Assembly: GCA_965205265.1 (NCBI GenBank)
Contig: CBDBGH010000003.1
Coordinates: 2,464,001-2,528,000, forward strand
DNA from: Alphaproteobacteria bacterium
GTDB lineage: Bacteria > Pseudomonadota > Alphaproteobacteria > Bin95
DNA: 64,000 nt
Direction: 5' to 3'
Both the position numbers and the translations under genes were made by a program. Below, one piece after another: positions 49,374 to 57,878 of the stretch (within the stretch, counting starts at the first letter, position 1; the number at the start of each line of letters is the position of its first letter). The notes under the pieces are model-generated. The model did no database searches. It saw only the letters and a list, made by a program, of their open reading frames with translations, and was not told the origin of the DNA.

Positions 49374-49666
49374 GGGAGCACATGAAACGCACTCGCCCCC
49401 GGCTTGTCAAAACCGGCCGCTATCGCTGTGCGACCGTCCTGCTCAGGAGCAACCAAACGCCTCGATTATCCTTGTATTTCTGGAACCGCATTCCACGATT
49501 GCAAGGATGACGCCGCACCGGCCGGGCAAGACCGCACCGGCCGAAATCATTGCCAAAGAGTAAACGAGTGCCGGCCTCGATCTTGAGGACAAGCCGGACC
49601 GGGGTGGCAGTGCTACATAAACGCGCCTGCTGCTTGCTTGCGAAAAGTGGGTAGGATGAAGTCGCC

Positions 49667-50404
49667 ATGGCGATGCTCGAAGTGGAAATCTGGCGCGGAG
49701 AGGGCGGGGACGGCGCCTGGCGGCGTTACGCCGTGCCGCATGAGGCCAACCAGACTGTGCTCGATGTGGTGACGCATGTGCAGCGCTATCTGGACCCTTC
49801 GCTCGCCTACCGCTTCGCCTGCCGGGTCGGCATGTGCGGCTCCTGCGCGATGTCCGTAAACGGCCGCCCGCGCTGGACCTGCCGCACCCATGTCTCGCGC
49901 GCCGCCCGCAAGGGCCGGCTGCGCATCGGGCCGCTGCGCAACCTGCCGGTCATCAGGGACCTCGCGGTCGATATGGCGCCCTTCTTCGAGAAATGGCGCG
50001 ACGCCGAGGCGCGGTTCGTCCCCTCCGCGGCGCCCCCGGACGAGCCGGTCCGGCCGGACGAGCCGGTCCGGCCGGACGAGCCGGAACGCATGGCCGCCGA
50101 CGCCGGCATCGAGTGCATCAACTGCGCGGTCTGCTACGCCGCTTGCGACAGCGTGGCCTGGAATCCGGACTATCCGGGGCCGGCCGTGCTGAACCGCCTC
50201 TGGACGCTGGTGAACGACCGGCGCGACGGCGACCGCGACGGCCATCTGGACGCCGCCGGCGCGGGCTGCCACCTCTGCCGCAGCCACCAGGAATGCGCCG
50301 ACGCCTGCCCGACCGGCCTCAACCCGACCGCCGCCATCGCCGGCCTCAAGCGCGAGGTCTTCCGCCGCACGCTCGGACGACCGGCGCGGGAGCCCCGGCA
50401 GTGA
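49667..50404 (+). CDS. Succinate dehydrogenase/fumarate reductase-type iron-sulfur subunit
   Basis: CRVGMCGSC, CINCAVCYAAC, CRSHQECADACP. Confidence 0.9.
   Translation: MAMLEVEIWRGEGGDGAWRRYAVPHEANQTVLDVVTHVQRYLDPSLAYRFACRVGMCGSCAMSVNGRPRWTCRTHVSRAARKGRLRIGPLRNLPVIRDLAVDMAPFFEKWRDAEARFVPSAAPPDEPVRPDEPVRPDEPERMAADAGIECINCAVCYAACDSVAWNPDYPGPAVLNRLWTLVNDRRDGDRDGHLDAAGAGCHLCRSHQECADACPTGLNPTAAIAGLKREVFRRTLGRPAREPRQ
50036..50084 (+). repeat. In-frame 18-bp tandem repeat (about 2.7 copies; PDEPVR)
   Basis: CCGGACGAGCCGGTCCGG twice plus a 13-nt partial third copy. Confidence 0.9.
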
Positions 50405-50727
50405 AGGAGGCCTGGCTGTTCGCGGCCCAGCGCATTTCGGCGATGGTGCTCGCGCCGCTGGTGCTGCTGCATCTGGGCGTCATCCTCTATGCGATCCGCG
50501 GCGGGCTCTCGGCCGAGGCAATCCTCGCGCGCACCGAGGGCAGCCTGTTCTGGGGCGCGGTTTACGGGCTGTTCGTGCTGGCCGCGGCCGTGCATGCGCC
50601 CATCGGCCTGCGCGCCGTGCTGAGCGAATGGTGCCGCTGGCGGGGCGCGGGTCTCGACATCGCCATGGGGCTGTTCGGCTTCGTCCTGCTGGCGCTCGGT
50701 TTGCGCGCCGTGGCGGCCGTGCTGTGA
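50401..50727 (+). CDS. Sdh/Frd-type membrane anchor subunit 1
   Basis: QRISAMVLAPLVLLH...VHAPIGLR; hydrophobic; GTGA overlap. Confidence 0.8.
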   Translation: MKEAWLFAAQRISAMVLAPLVLLHLGVILYAIRGGLSAEAILARTEGSLFWGAVYGLFVLAAAVHAPIGLRAVLSEWCRWRGAGLDIAMGLFGFVLLALGLRAVAAVL

Positions 50728-51050
50728 AACGCGGACCCTGGTGGGCGTTCCTGCTGCACCGGCTTTCCGGCGTGGCGCTCGCGGTCTTCCTGCCGTTCCA
50801 TTTCCTCGTGCTCGGCCTCGCGGTGGAGCGCGCGGCGCTCGATCGCGTGCTCGACTGGACGGACAACCCCTGGGTCAAGCTCGCCGAGGCGGGGCTGGTC
50901 GTGCTGCTGGCGCTCCACCTGACGGGGGGGCTGCGCGTGCTGCTGCTCGAGTTCGGGCGCTGGTCCGACCGCCAGCAGTCGCGGATCGCGCTTGCCGGCG
51001 GCCTCGCGCTGCTGGCGGGTTTCGGCTTTCTGGCGGCGGCCTTCGCATGA
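50724..51050 (+). CDS. Sdh/Frd-type cytochrome b membrane anchor subunit 2
   Basis: LHRLSG...FLPFH...LHLTGGLR; GTGA overlap. Confidence 0.8.
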   Translation: MKRGPWWAFLLHRLSGVALAVFLPFHFLVLGLAVERAALDRVLDWTDNPWVKLAEAGLVVLLALHLTGGLRVLLLEFGRWSDRQQSRIALAGGLALLAGFGFLAAAFA

Positions 51051-52792
51051 TCGAGCGGCTGGACAGGGACATACTGATCCTCGGCTCCGGGGGCGCGGGG
51101 CTGTTCGCCGCGCTCCACGCCTACCGCGCCGACCCCGCGCTCGACATCGCTATCGCGGCCAAGGGCCTGCTCGGCAAGAGCGGCTGCACCCGCATGGTGC
51201 AGGGCGGCTACAATGTGGCGCTCGCGCCCGGCGACAGCCTCGAACGCCATTTCATGGACACGATCGAGGGCGGGGCCTGGATCAACCACCAGGAGCTCGC
51301 CTGGACGCTGATCGAGGGGGCGGTCGAGCGCATCCGCGAGTTGGAAGACGAGATCGGCTGCTATTTCGACCGCAACCCCGACGGCAGCATCCACCAGAAG
51401 GCGTTCGCCGGGCAGACCTTCGACCGCACCGTCCACAAGGGGGACCTGACCGGCATCGAGATCGTCAACCGGCTGATGGAGCAGGTCTGGGCGCGGGCGG
51501 TGACGCGGCTGGAGGAGCACCGGGCGGCGGCGCTGATCCCGTCCCGCGACGGCTCGCGCCTCGCCGGCGTCCTCCTGATCGACATTCGCACGGGCGCGCT
51601 GCGCTTCGTGCGGGCCAAGGCCGTGCTGCTCGCGACCGGCGGCGGGCCGACCATGTACCGCTACCACACGCCGTCGGGCGACAAGACCTGCGACGGCATG
51701 GCGATGGCGCTCGAGGCGGGCCTCTCGCTGCGCGATATGGAGATGGTCCAGTTCCACCCGACCGGGCTCTATGCCGGCCCCGGCACGAGGATGACCGGCA
51801 CCGTGCTGGAAGAGGGCCTGCGCGGCGCCGGCGGCTATCTGCTCGGCGGCGACGGGACGCGCTTCATGGAGCGCTACGACCCGCGTCTGGAGCGCGCCAC
51901 CCGCGACATCGTGAGCCGCGCCATGGCGAGCGAGATGCGCGCCGGGAACGTGACCGAGAGCGGCGGGCTCTACATCTCCATGGCCCATCTGGGCCCGGAG
52001 TCGGTGGCGGCGCGCTTCAAGGGCATGGTCGAACGCTGCCGGGACTGCGGCTTCGACCTTGCCGGCGGGCTGGTCGAGGTCGTGCCGACCGCGCATTACA
52101 TGATGGGCGGCGTCGCCTTCGAGCCCGACACGACAACGGCGCTGCCGGGGCTCTACGCCGCCGGCGAGGACACGGGCGGCGTCCACGGCGCGAACCGGCT
52201 CGGCGGCAACGGCGTCGCCAATTCCACCGTCTATGGCGGCATTGCCGGCGACCGGATGGCGGCGGATGCGGGCCGCGAGCGCGCCTTCCCCGACCCCGAC
52301 GAAGCGGTTCTGGAGGAGGCCGCCGCGCGCTGCCTCGGGGTGTTCGACCGGCCGCCCGGCGATCTCGCCGGCGTCCGCGAGCGCCTCTCGGACCTGATGT
52401 GGGACGAGGTCGGCATATTGCGCTCGGCCGAAAGCCTCGACCGCGCGGAGGCCGGGCTTGCCGCGCTCGCGGCGGAGGTGGAGGCGGCCGGCGCGGCCGG
52501 CGGCGGGCGGGCCTTCAACCTCGCCTGGCAGGAACGCCTGAACATGGAGAGCCTCGTCACCGTCTCGCGCGCCATTGCGGCGGCGGCCCGCGCCCGCGAG
52601 GACTCGCGCGGCGCGCATTACCGCGAGGACTTCCCCGAGACGGGCGATCTCGCCGCCACGCGCTATACCGCCGTGCGCCTGGAGGACGGCGAATTCGTCT
52701 CCGCCTCCGAACCCGTCGCCTTCACCCGCGTCAGGCCCGGCGAGTCGCTGCTGGATCGAAGCCCGGATTCGGTGCGCGGCGGGAGGCTTTGA
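51047..52792 (+). CDS. Sdh/Frd/NadB-family flavoprotein subunit
   Basis: GSGGAG, KSGCTRMVQGG, QFHPTG, EGLRG, RDIVSR, HYMMGG, HGANRLGGN, EDSRGAHYRED. Confidence 0.92.
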   Translation: MIERLDRDILILGSGGAGLFAALHAYRADPALDIAIAAKGLLGKSGCTRMVQGGYNVALAPGDSLERHFMDTIEGGAWINHQELAWTLIEGAVERIRELEDEIGCYFDRNPDGSIHQKAFAGQTFDRTVHKGDLTGIEIVNRLMEQVWARAVTRLEEHRAAALIPSRDGSRLAGVLLIDIRTGALRFVRAKAVLLATGGGPTMYRYHTPSGDKTCDGMAMALEAGLSLRDMEMVQFHPTGLYAGPGTRMTGTVLEEGLRGAGGYLLGGDGTRFMERYDPRLERATRDIVSRAMASEMRAGNVTESGGLYISMAHLGPESVAARFKGMVERCRDCGFDLAGGLVEVVPTAHYMMGGVAFEPDTTTALPGLYAAGEDTGGVHGANRLGGNGVANSTVYGGIAGDRMAADAGRERAFPDPDEAVLEEAAARCLGVFDRPPGDLAGVRERLSDLMWDEVGILRSAESLDRAEAGLAALAAEVEAAGAAGGGRAFNLAWQERLNMESLVTVSRAIAAAARAREDSRGAHYREDFPETGDLAATRYTAVRLEDGEFVSASEPVAFTRVRPGESLLDRSPDSVRGGRL

Positions 52793-52845
52793 GCGGCAAG
52801 TTCCGGGCCGCGCTGCGGGCGGCCTTTCGCCTTCGGGAGCCAGCC

Positions 52846-53661
52846 ATGAAGATTGTCCAGTTGACCGACCTCCACCTCACCCGGCCCGGAGAGACCGTCG
52901 GGGGGCGGGACCCGAATGCGAATCTGGACCGCGCGCTGGCCCATGCGCTCGAGCAGCATCCCGATGCGGAAGCCCTGGTCATCACCGGCGATTTGTCGGA
53001 CCGGGGCGACCGCGGCGACTACGAGCGGCTGAAGGGCCGCCTCGCGGGGCTGCCGATCCCGGCCCGCCTCGCCATCGGCAACCATGACGACAGGACAGCG
53101 TTCCTCGAGGTCTTTCCGGAGCTCGCGGACGAGGACGGGCATGTGCAGCAGGCCTTCGAGCTCAGCCGGGGCACGGGACTCGTTCTCGACAGCTGGGGTC
53201 CGGACTCCCATGCCGGTTTCTATTGCGCGAGACGCTGCGCCTGGCTGCGCAGGGCGCTGGCGGCGGCCGGCGGACCGGCATACCTCTTCATCCACCACCA
53301 CCCGATTCCCACGCATATCGTCCCGATGGACCGGGTGATGCTCCGGGACGCAGAGGCGTTCGGCGCCGTCGTGGCGGAACACCGGAGCAAGATCGCCCAT
53401 ATCTTCTTCGGGCACTGCCACCTGCCCCTTGCCGGATCGTTCCACGGCGTGCCCGTGAGCGCACCGCGCGGCACCAACCATGCGCTCTTCGCGGATTTCC
53501 TCGAAAAGGAGCGGCTTCTCTCATCCGACCTGCCCGAATCCTATGCGGTCATCACCGTCGAGGGGCCATCCGTCACCGTGCTGATGCAGGAATACGGATA
53601 TCGGGGCGAGGTGCGCGCAGGCGGCGCCCCCTACAATCCCGCCCGCGACAGGGCTTCGTAA
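52846..53661 (+). CDS. Metallophosphoesterase (CpdA/Icc-like phosphodiesterase)
   Basis: LTDLH, TGDLSD, GNHD, HHHP, GHCH. Confidence 0.92.
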   Translation: MKIVQLTDLHLTRPGETVGGRDPNANLDRALAHALEQHPDAEALVITGDLSDRGDRGDYERLKGRLAGLPIPARLAIGNHDDRTAFLEVFPELADEDGHVQQAFELSRGTGLVLDSWGPDSHAGFYCARRCAWLRRALAAAGGPAYLFIHHHPIPTHIVPMDRVMLRDAEAFGAVVAEHRSKIAHIFFGHCHLPLAGSFHGVPVSAPRGTNHALFADFLEKERLLSSDLPESYAVITVEGPSVTVLMQEYGYRGEVRAGGAPYNPARDRAS

Positions 53662-54415
53662 GCCGGCAACAGGCAGGCTAGGCGACAGGATATCGCACTC
53701 GAATCAGTAAACTTTCCAGCCTCCGAACGGAATAAGGCAATGTTGGAAGCAGGGGAGTTGCATCGATAACAGGCTCACGCAGAATGCCGGGGAAACGCAG
53801 TCGGTATTTGCAGGGCGCCGGAGCCGGCCGATGAGGCTCCGCATCCACAGGGGCGCCAAGGAGGTCGGTGGTACCTGCATCGAGGCGGAGGCAAGAGGCA
53901 GGCGCCTCGTGCTGGATGTCGGCCTACCGCGCGGCGCGCCGGACGAGGCGCAGGACCGGCTGCTTTCCGAGGTTCCGGGAGCACTGCCGGACGCTTTCCA
54001 GTTTTAAGCGCCTCAAATTCGATCAGGAGTGCGCTATTGTTACTTTCGTTGACCCTGCCCCTTTTTCTTGATGTCGAAGGAATACCTTGAAATGCTTCCC
54101 AAGCTAGTCACAATGTCTTGAGTTTTCGTCGGCCCCTTGACACGGGTTTTGACACAATCATATAGGGTTGAAATTGACCGCAAGCCTCCTCTCAGTACCA
54201 GGAACAAGTTTCATGCCATGACCTGATTTTACAGAACTAATCTTTGGATATGTTTTTCTGAGAGAATTTGAACAGAATTACGTCCCGGGTGGTCACTTCC
54301 CGAAAGCTCCTGATTTTCTTAGTCAGGTGATCGAAGCCACCCGAGGATACGATGTAGAAATTTCCTTAAGAGATACGGTGCCTGTATATTTGCAACTAAA
54401 GAGATCATATGTATT

Positions 54416-54663
54416 GGGGCTTATATGGATAGGTTGACAACAGGTTTGGGAGGCTTCGCACCTTCTCTCCGGCGTCCAACCCGCCTCCATATCGTCATAC
54501 CCGGACTTGTTCCGGGTATCCATGCGGCCGTCCGGCGGCAGCGGTGGAGAGAGATACCCGGAACAAGTCCGGGTATGACGGAGGGGACGTGACGGAGGGG
54601 GCGTTGAGGTATGACGGAAGAAATGTCGTCGGTCTCCCCCGTCAACCTATCTTTGTAATCTCC
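54416..54663. mobile_element. 248-bp MITE with GG-starting imperfect TIRs and an 8-bp target duplication (IS1595-like)
   Basis: TSD TATGTATT at 54408-54415 and 54664-54671; TIR core GATAGGTTGAC / GTCAACCTATC. Confidence 0.8.
54493..54580. repeat. REP/RPE-like doublet: perfect 28-bp inverted repeat whose arms are themselves hairpins
   Basis: CGTCATACCCGGACTTGTTCCGGGTATC (54493-54520) / GATACCCGGAACAAGTCCGGGTATGACG (54553-54580). Confidence 0.85.
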
Positions 54664-55084
54664 TATGTATTAGAGCGAAGAAATGTCAAAGAGATACAAG
54701 ATGGGATTTAAGACAACCTTCTTATTCACTGGATGCACCTGCGTAAGAATATAGGAGAGTGGGCTTACCTGTACTCTACAGAACTTAAACAGTTTCGTCG
54801 TAAATTCTCCAACACTGATGTCTGGATTTCACATTTGCATAGAAGGAGATTGAGGCTCGAAGATAATCGACGAATACTTTCCGAAATTGTAAAATTTCTT
54901 GTCACCAAGCTCCGCTCCAGTGACCCTTTGCAAAGCTTAGCCGCGGGGAAGATTATAGAACAACAAGCTTTCATCTTAGCTTATTTCCTTCTCGATGCTC
55001 AACTCACATTCGTTAAGGAAGAGGAAGCGTAGTCGTCGAGGACAGACGGAGGCCAAACCAGCCCTTGGATCAGTTACGTCTGCT

Positions 55085-55822
55085 CTACTCCAGCATCGCC
55101 GCCCTGAGCTGCGCCCGGTCCTCTGCACCGAAGCCCACCGCGCTGTCGAGCCAGCCTTCCAACCCGCCATGCTCCCTGTCCAGCGTGGCCCATGAAGCTG
55201 CCAGATACTCCTCCCGCGCCGAGAAGACGGGCTCGTAGATTTCGCGGTGCAGGCCCTGGGGTTCGCGGTTGCCGCGGTCCCAGTGGCGGTTGGTGAGCAG
55301 GTAGTCCTCCATGATCGTGGTGCGCGGCACGCCGAGCGCCTCCAGCACCACGGCGGCGGCGAAGCCGGTGCGGTCCTTGCCGGCGGTGCAGTGGAAGAGC
55401 AGCGGCGGCGCGTCTTCCGCGATCAGCCGGCGCAGGATGACCCCGCAGGCGCATGCGTATTTCTCCGGATAGCGGGCATAGCTGTCCCTGAGGCGCGTCC
55501 ACGCCGCTTCGGCCGAGGACACGCCGCCCGCATGCATCGTCTCCAGCAGCGAGTTCGCCGGCTGGTCGGGAAGGCCGATATGCACGCTTGCGACCGACTC
55601 CGGCAGGCGGGCCGGCTCGCCCGCGCGCTCCGGCCCGTAGCGCAGGTCCAGCGCCTCCTCGAGGCCGAGCGCCGCCAGCGTCCCGCCGTCGCCGGAGGTC
55701 AGCCGGTGCAGCCCGTCGGCCCGGAACAGGCGCCGCCAGCGGACCCGGCGGCCGTCAAGGGCCTCGTAGCCGCCGAGGTCGCGGAAATTCGTGGCGCCCT
55801 CAAGCGCGATCAGCCGGTGCAT
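55085..55822 (-). CDS. Tyrosine-protein phosphatase family (Y_phosphatase3)
   Basis: NFRDLGGY, DLR, FHCTAGKDRTG, DYLLTN. Confidence 0.92.
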   Translation of the reverse strand: MHRLIALEGATNFRDLGGYEALDGRRVRWRRLFRADGLHRLTSGDGGTLAALGLEEALDLRYGPERAGEPARLPESVASVHIGLPDQPANSLLETMHAGGVSSAEAAWTRLRDSYARYPEKYACACGVILRRLIAEDAPPLLFHCTAGKDRTGFAAAVVLEALGVPRTTIMEDYLLTNRHWDRGNREPQGLHREIYEPVFSAREEYLAASWATLDREHGGLEGWLDSAVGFGAEDRAQLRAAMLE

Positions 55823-55860
55823 GGCGGCGGTTATCCCCCCTTTCCAGAATATCCCCAGAG

Positions 55861-55927
55861 ACTCGACTATAGTGCCCCGGTCTAATGGCGCTCCCATGAC
55901 AGCACAAGCCGATCCCTGGTTCGCCGA
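55861..55927 (+). repeat. Left copy of the 67-bp target-site duplication (right copy 57844-57910)
   Basis: Identical ACTCGACTATAG...GGTTCGCCGA on both sides of the IS; contains the dnaB start codon. Confidence 0.92.
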
Positions 55928-57843
55928 CCTGACTTCGACGGTTGGGCTGACTTCTGACCGATCTCGCGTCTGGAGTTTTCAGTAAAGCCAATGAGTTGGC
56001 AGTTGCGGTGCGGTCAAGCTGCGTTGTAGTGCCTAGTAAATCTTTGAGACTGTCAATGCCTCCGCCACGCGCTACACTCCCCCCATGTTCGTGCGCATCA
56101 AGACCTCCCCCAACAGCCCGCGACGCTCGGTCCAGATCGTCGAGGCCGTGCGCGACGGCGGCAAGGTCCGACAGCGCATCGTCCGCCATGTCGGCGTGGC
56201 CATGGACGAGGACGAGCTCGAGCGCCTGAGGCAGCTCGGCGAGTACGTCAAGGCGAAGCTGGAGGACGAGCGTCAGCCGGCATTGTTTGCGCCCGAGAAG
56301 ATCGCTGAGCAGGCGATCCGTGTCGGCCGCCGGGGGGACGGCAAGGAGGAACTCCCGGTCGACCTCAAGCAGCTTGAAGAGGAGCAGCGCCTGATCACAG
56401 GCATCCACGAGGTCTATGGCGAGATCTACCGGCTGCTGGGCCTCGACGCGCTGCTGCCGCGCTCGCGCTACCGGGCCTCCCATGACGCGCTGTTCCATGT
56501 GGTGATGGCGCGGGTAGCCAACCCCGACAGCAAGCGGGGCAGCGTGCGCCGGCTCGAGGAGGACTTCGGCGTGAGTCTTCCGCTCGAGAAGGTCTACCGG
56601 ATGATGGATCAGCTCGACGCGACGGTGATCGAGCGACTGCGCACGCGCGTCGGCGAGGCGAGCCGGTCGCTGCTGCCGGAGCCGGTCGCGATCCTCTTCT
56701 TCGATTGCACCACGCTCTACTTCGAGACGGCCGCCGAGGACGAGCTTCGCCAGCACGGCTTCAGCAAGGACGGCAAACACAAGGACTCGCAGGTTCTGCT
56801 GGCGCTGATGGTGACGCGCGAAGGGCTGCCGATCAGCTACGAGGTCTTCCCCGGCGCCACCTACGAGGGACACAGCATGGTCCCGGTCCTGCAGGACATG
56901 CAGCGCCGCCACCAGGTGGAGCGCACGGTATGCGTGGCCGACCGGGGCATGCTGAGCGCCGACAACCTCGACGCCATGGACGCCATCGGCGGCGAGTATG
57001 TCGTCGGCGCGCGGCTGCGCAAGCTGCCGCTCGCGCTGCTGGGGCAGGTTCTCGACCCCGGGACCTATGCCCCGCTGGAGGGCTCACAGGACCGCCGGGT
57101 CGGCGAGTGGGAGTACAAGGGCCGTCGCCTGATCGTCGTCTTCTGCCCCCAGCGCGCACGCAAGGACGCGCACGAGCGCCGCCATCAGGTGGAACGCCTG
57201 CTCGACAGGCTGGCCCGCAGCGACAATCCCAGGGAACTGCTCTCCAATCACGGGGCGAAGCGCTTCATCGCCGTCGAGGGCGACGCACGGCTCACGGTGA
57301 ACCCGGAGAAGATCGCCGAGGCCGCACGATGGGACGGGCTCACCGGCGTCATCACCAATCTGCGCGACGCGCGCGTCACCGAAGTGATGGCTCACTACCA
57401 GGGGCTCTGGCAGGTCGAGGAGAGCTTCCGGATCACCAAACACGACCTGAAGATACGTCCCATCTGGCACTGGAACCCGGACCGGATCCGCGCTCACATC
57501 GCCATCGCCTTCCTGGCCTTCGCCTGCGTTCGACACCTTGCGTACCGCGTCGCCATCCAGAAGCGGCGGATGTCCCCGGAGGTCATCCGCTCCGCCCTCG
57601 TCCACCGCCAGTGCTCCCTGCTGCGCTGTCGGCAATCGGGCAACCGCTACGTCATCCCCTCGAAGCCGACACCGGCGGCGGAGCAGATTTACGCAACCAT
57701 GGGGCTGCCCCTGACGATCACCCCGTATCAACTCGCCTGACCGTCGACGAAGCACGGCTCGAAGAAATGCCGGATGTAGTGCCTAGCCGAAATGAGAACC
57801 AGGCAATATCAACTACTTATGCGAATCAACCGTCGAAGTCAGG
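55928..57843 (+). mobile_element. IS1634-family insertion sequence (1916 bp)
   Basis: Perfect 17-bp TIRs CCTGACTTCGACGGTTG / CAACCGTCGAAGTCAGG; internal direct repeat TGTAGTGCCTAG near both ends; single transposase. Confidence 0.92.
56085..57740 (+). CDS. IS1634-family DDE transposase
   Basis: FFDCTTLYFE, GFSKDGK, VADRGM, YQGLWQVEESFR.TK.DL..RP..H...RIRAH. Confidence 0.93.
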   Translation: MFVRIKTSPNSPRRSVQIVEAVRDGGKVRQRIVRHVGVAMDEDELERLRQLGEYVKAKLEDERQPALFAPEKIAEQAIRVGRRGDGKEELPVDLKQLEEEQRLITGIHEVYGEIYRLLGLDALLPRSRYRASHDALFHVVMARVANPDSKRGSVRRLEEDFGVSLPLEKVYRMMDQLDATVIERLRTRVGEASRSLLPEPVAILFFDCTTLYFETAAEDELRQHGFSKDGKHKDSQVLLALMVTREGLPISYEVFPGATYEGHSMVPVLQDMQRRHQVERTVCVADRGMLSADNLDAMDAIGGEYVVGARLRKLPLALLGQVLDPGTYAPLEGSQDRRVGEWEYKGRRLIVVFCPQRARKDAHERRHQVERLLDRLARSDNPRELLSNHGAKRFIAVEGDARLTVNPEKIAEAARWDGLTGVITNLRDARVTEVMAHYQGLWQVEESFRITKHDLKIRPIWHWNPDRIRAHIAIAFLAFACVRHLAYRVAIQKRRMSPEVIRSALVHRQCSLLRCRQSGNRYVIPSKPTPAAEQIYATMGLPLTITPYQLA

Positions 57844-57878
57844 ACTCGACTATAGTGCCCCGGTCTAATGGCGCTCCC

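Larger units (their letters stand above)
54213..55032 (+). pseudogene. Decayed low-GC PD-(D/E)xK nuclease-like gene interrupted by a MITE
   Basis: ATG-CCA-TGA then PDFTELIFGY...EATRGYDVEI...VYLQLKRSYVL; frame resumes after the insertion as ERRNVKEIQDG before further disruption; 3' limit uncertain. Confidence 0.55.

Noticed and set aside
53662-54212. Possible ncRNA or small genes after the phosphodiesterase
   Set aside because: No convincing structure or coding signal beyond two TTGACAC promoter-like words near 54136-54154.
55896-55985. Second dnaB start or small ORF beginning MTAQADPWFA
   Set aside because: It is the left copy of the IS target duplication running into the IS end, not a gene.
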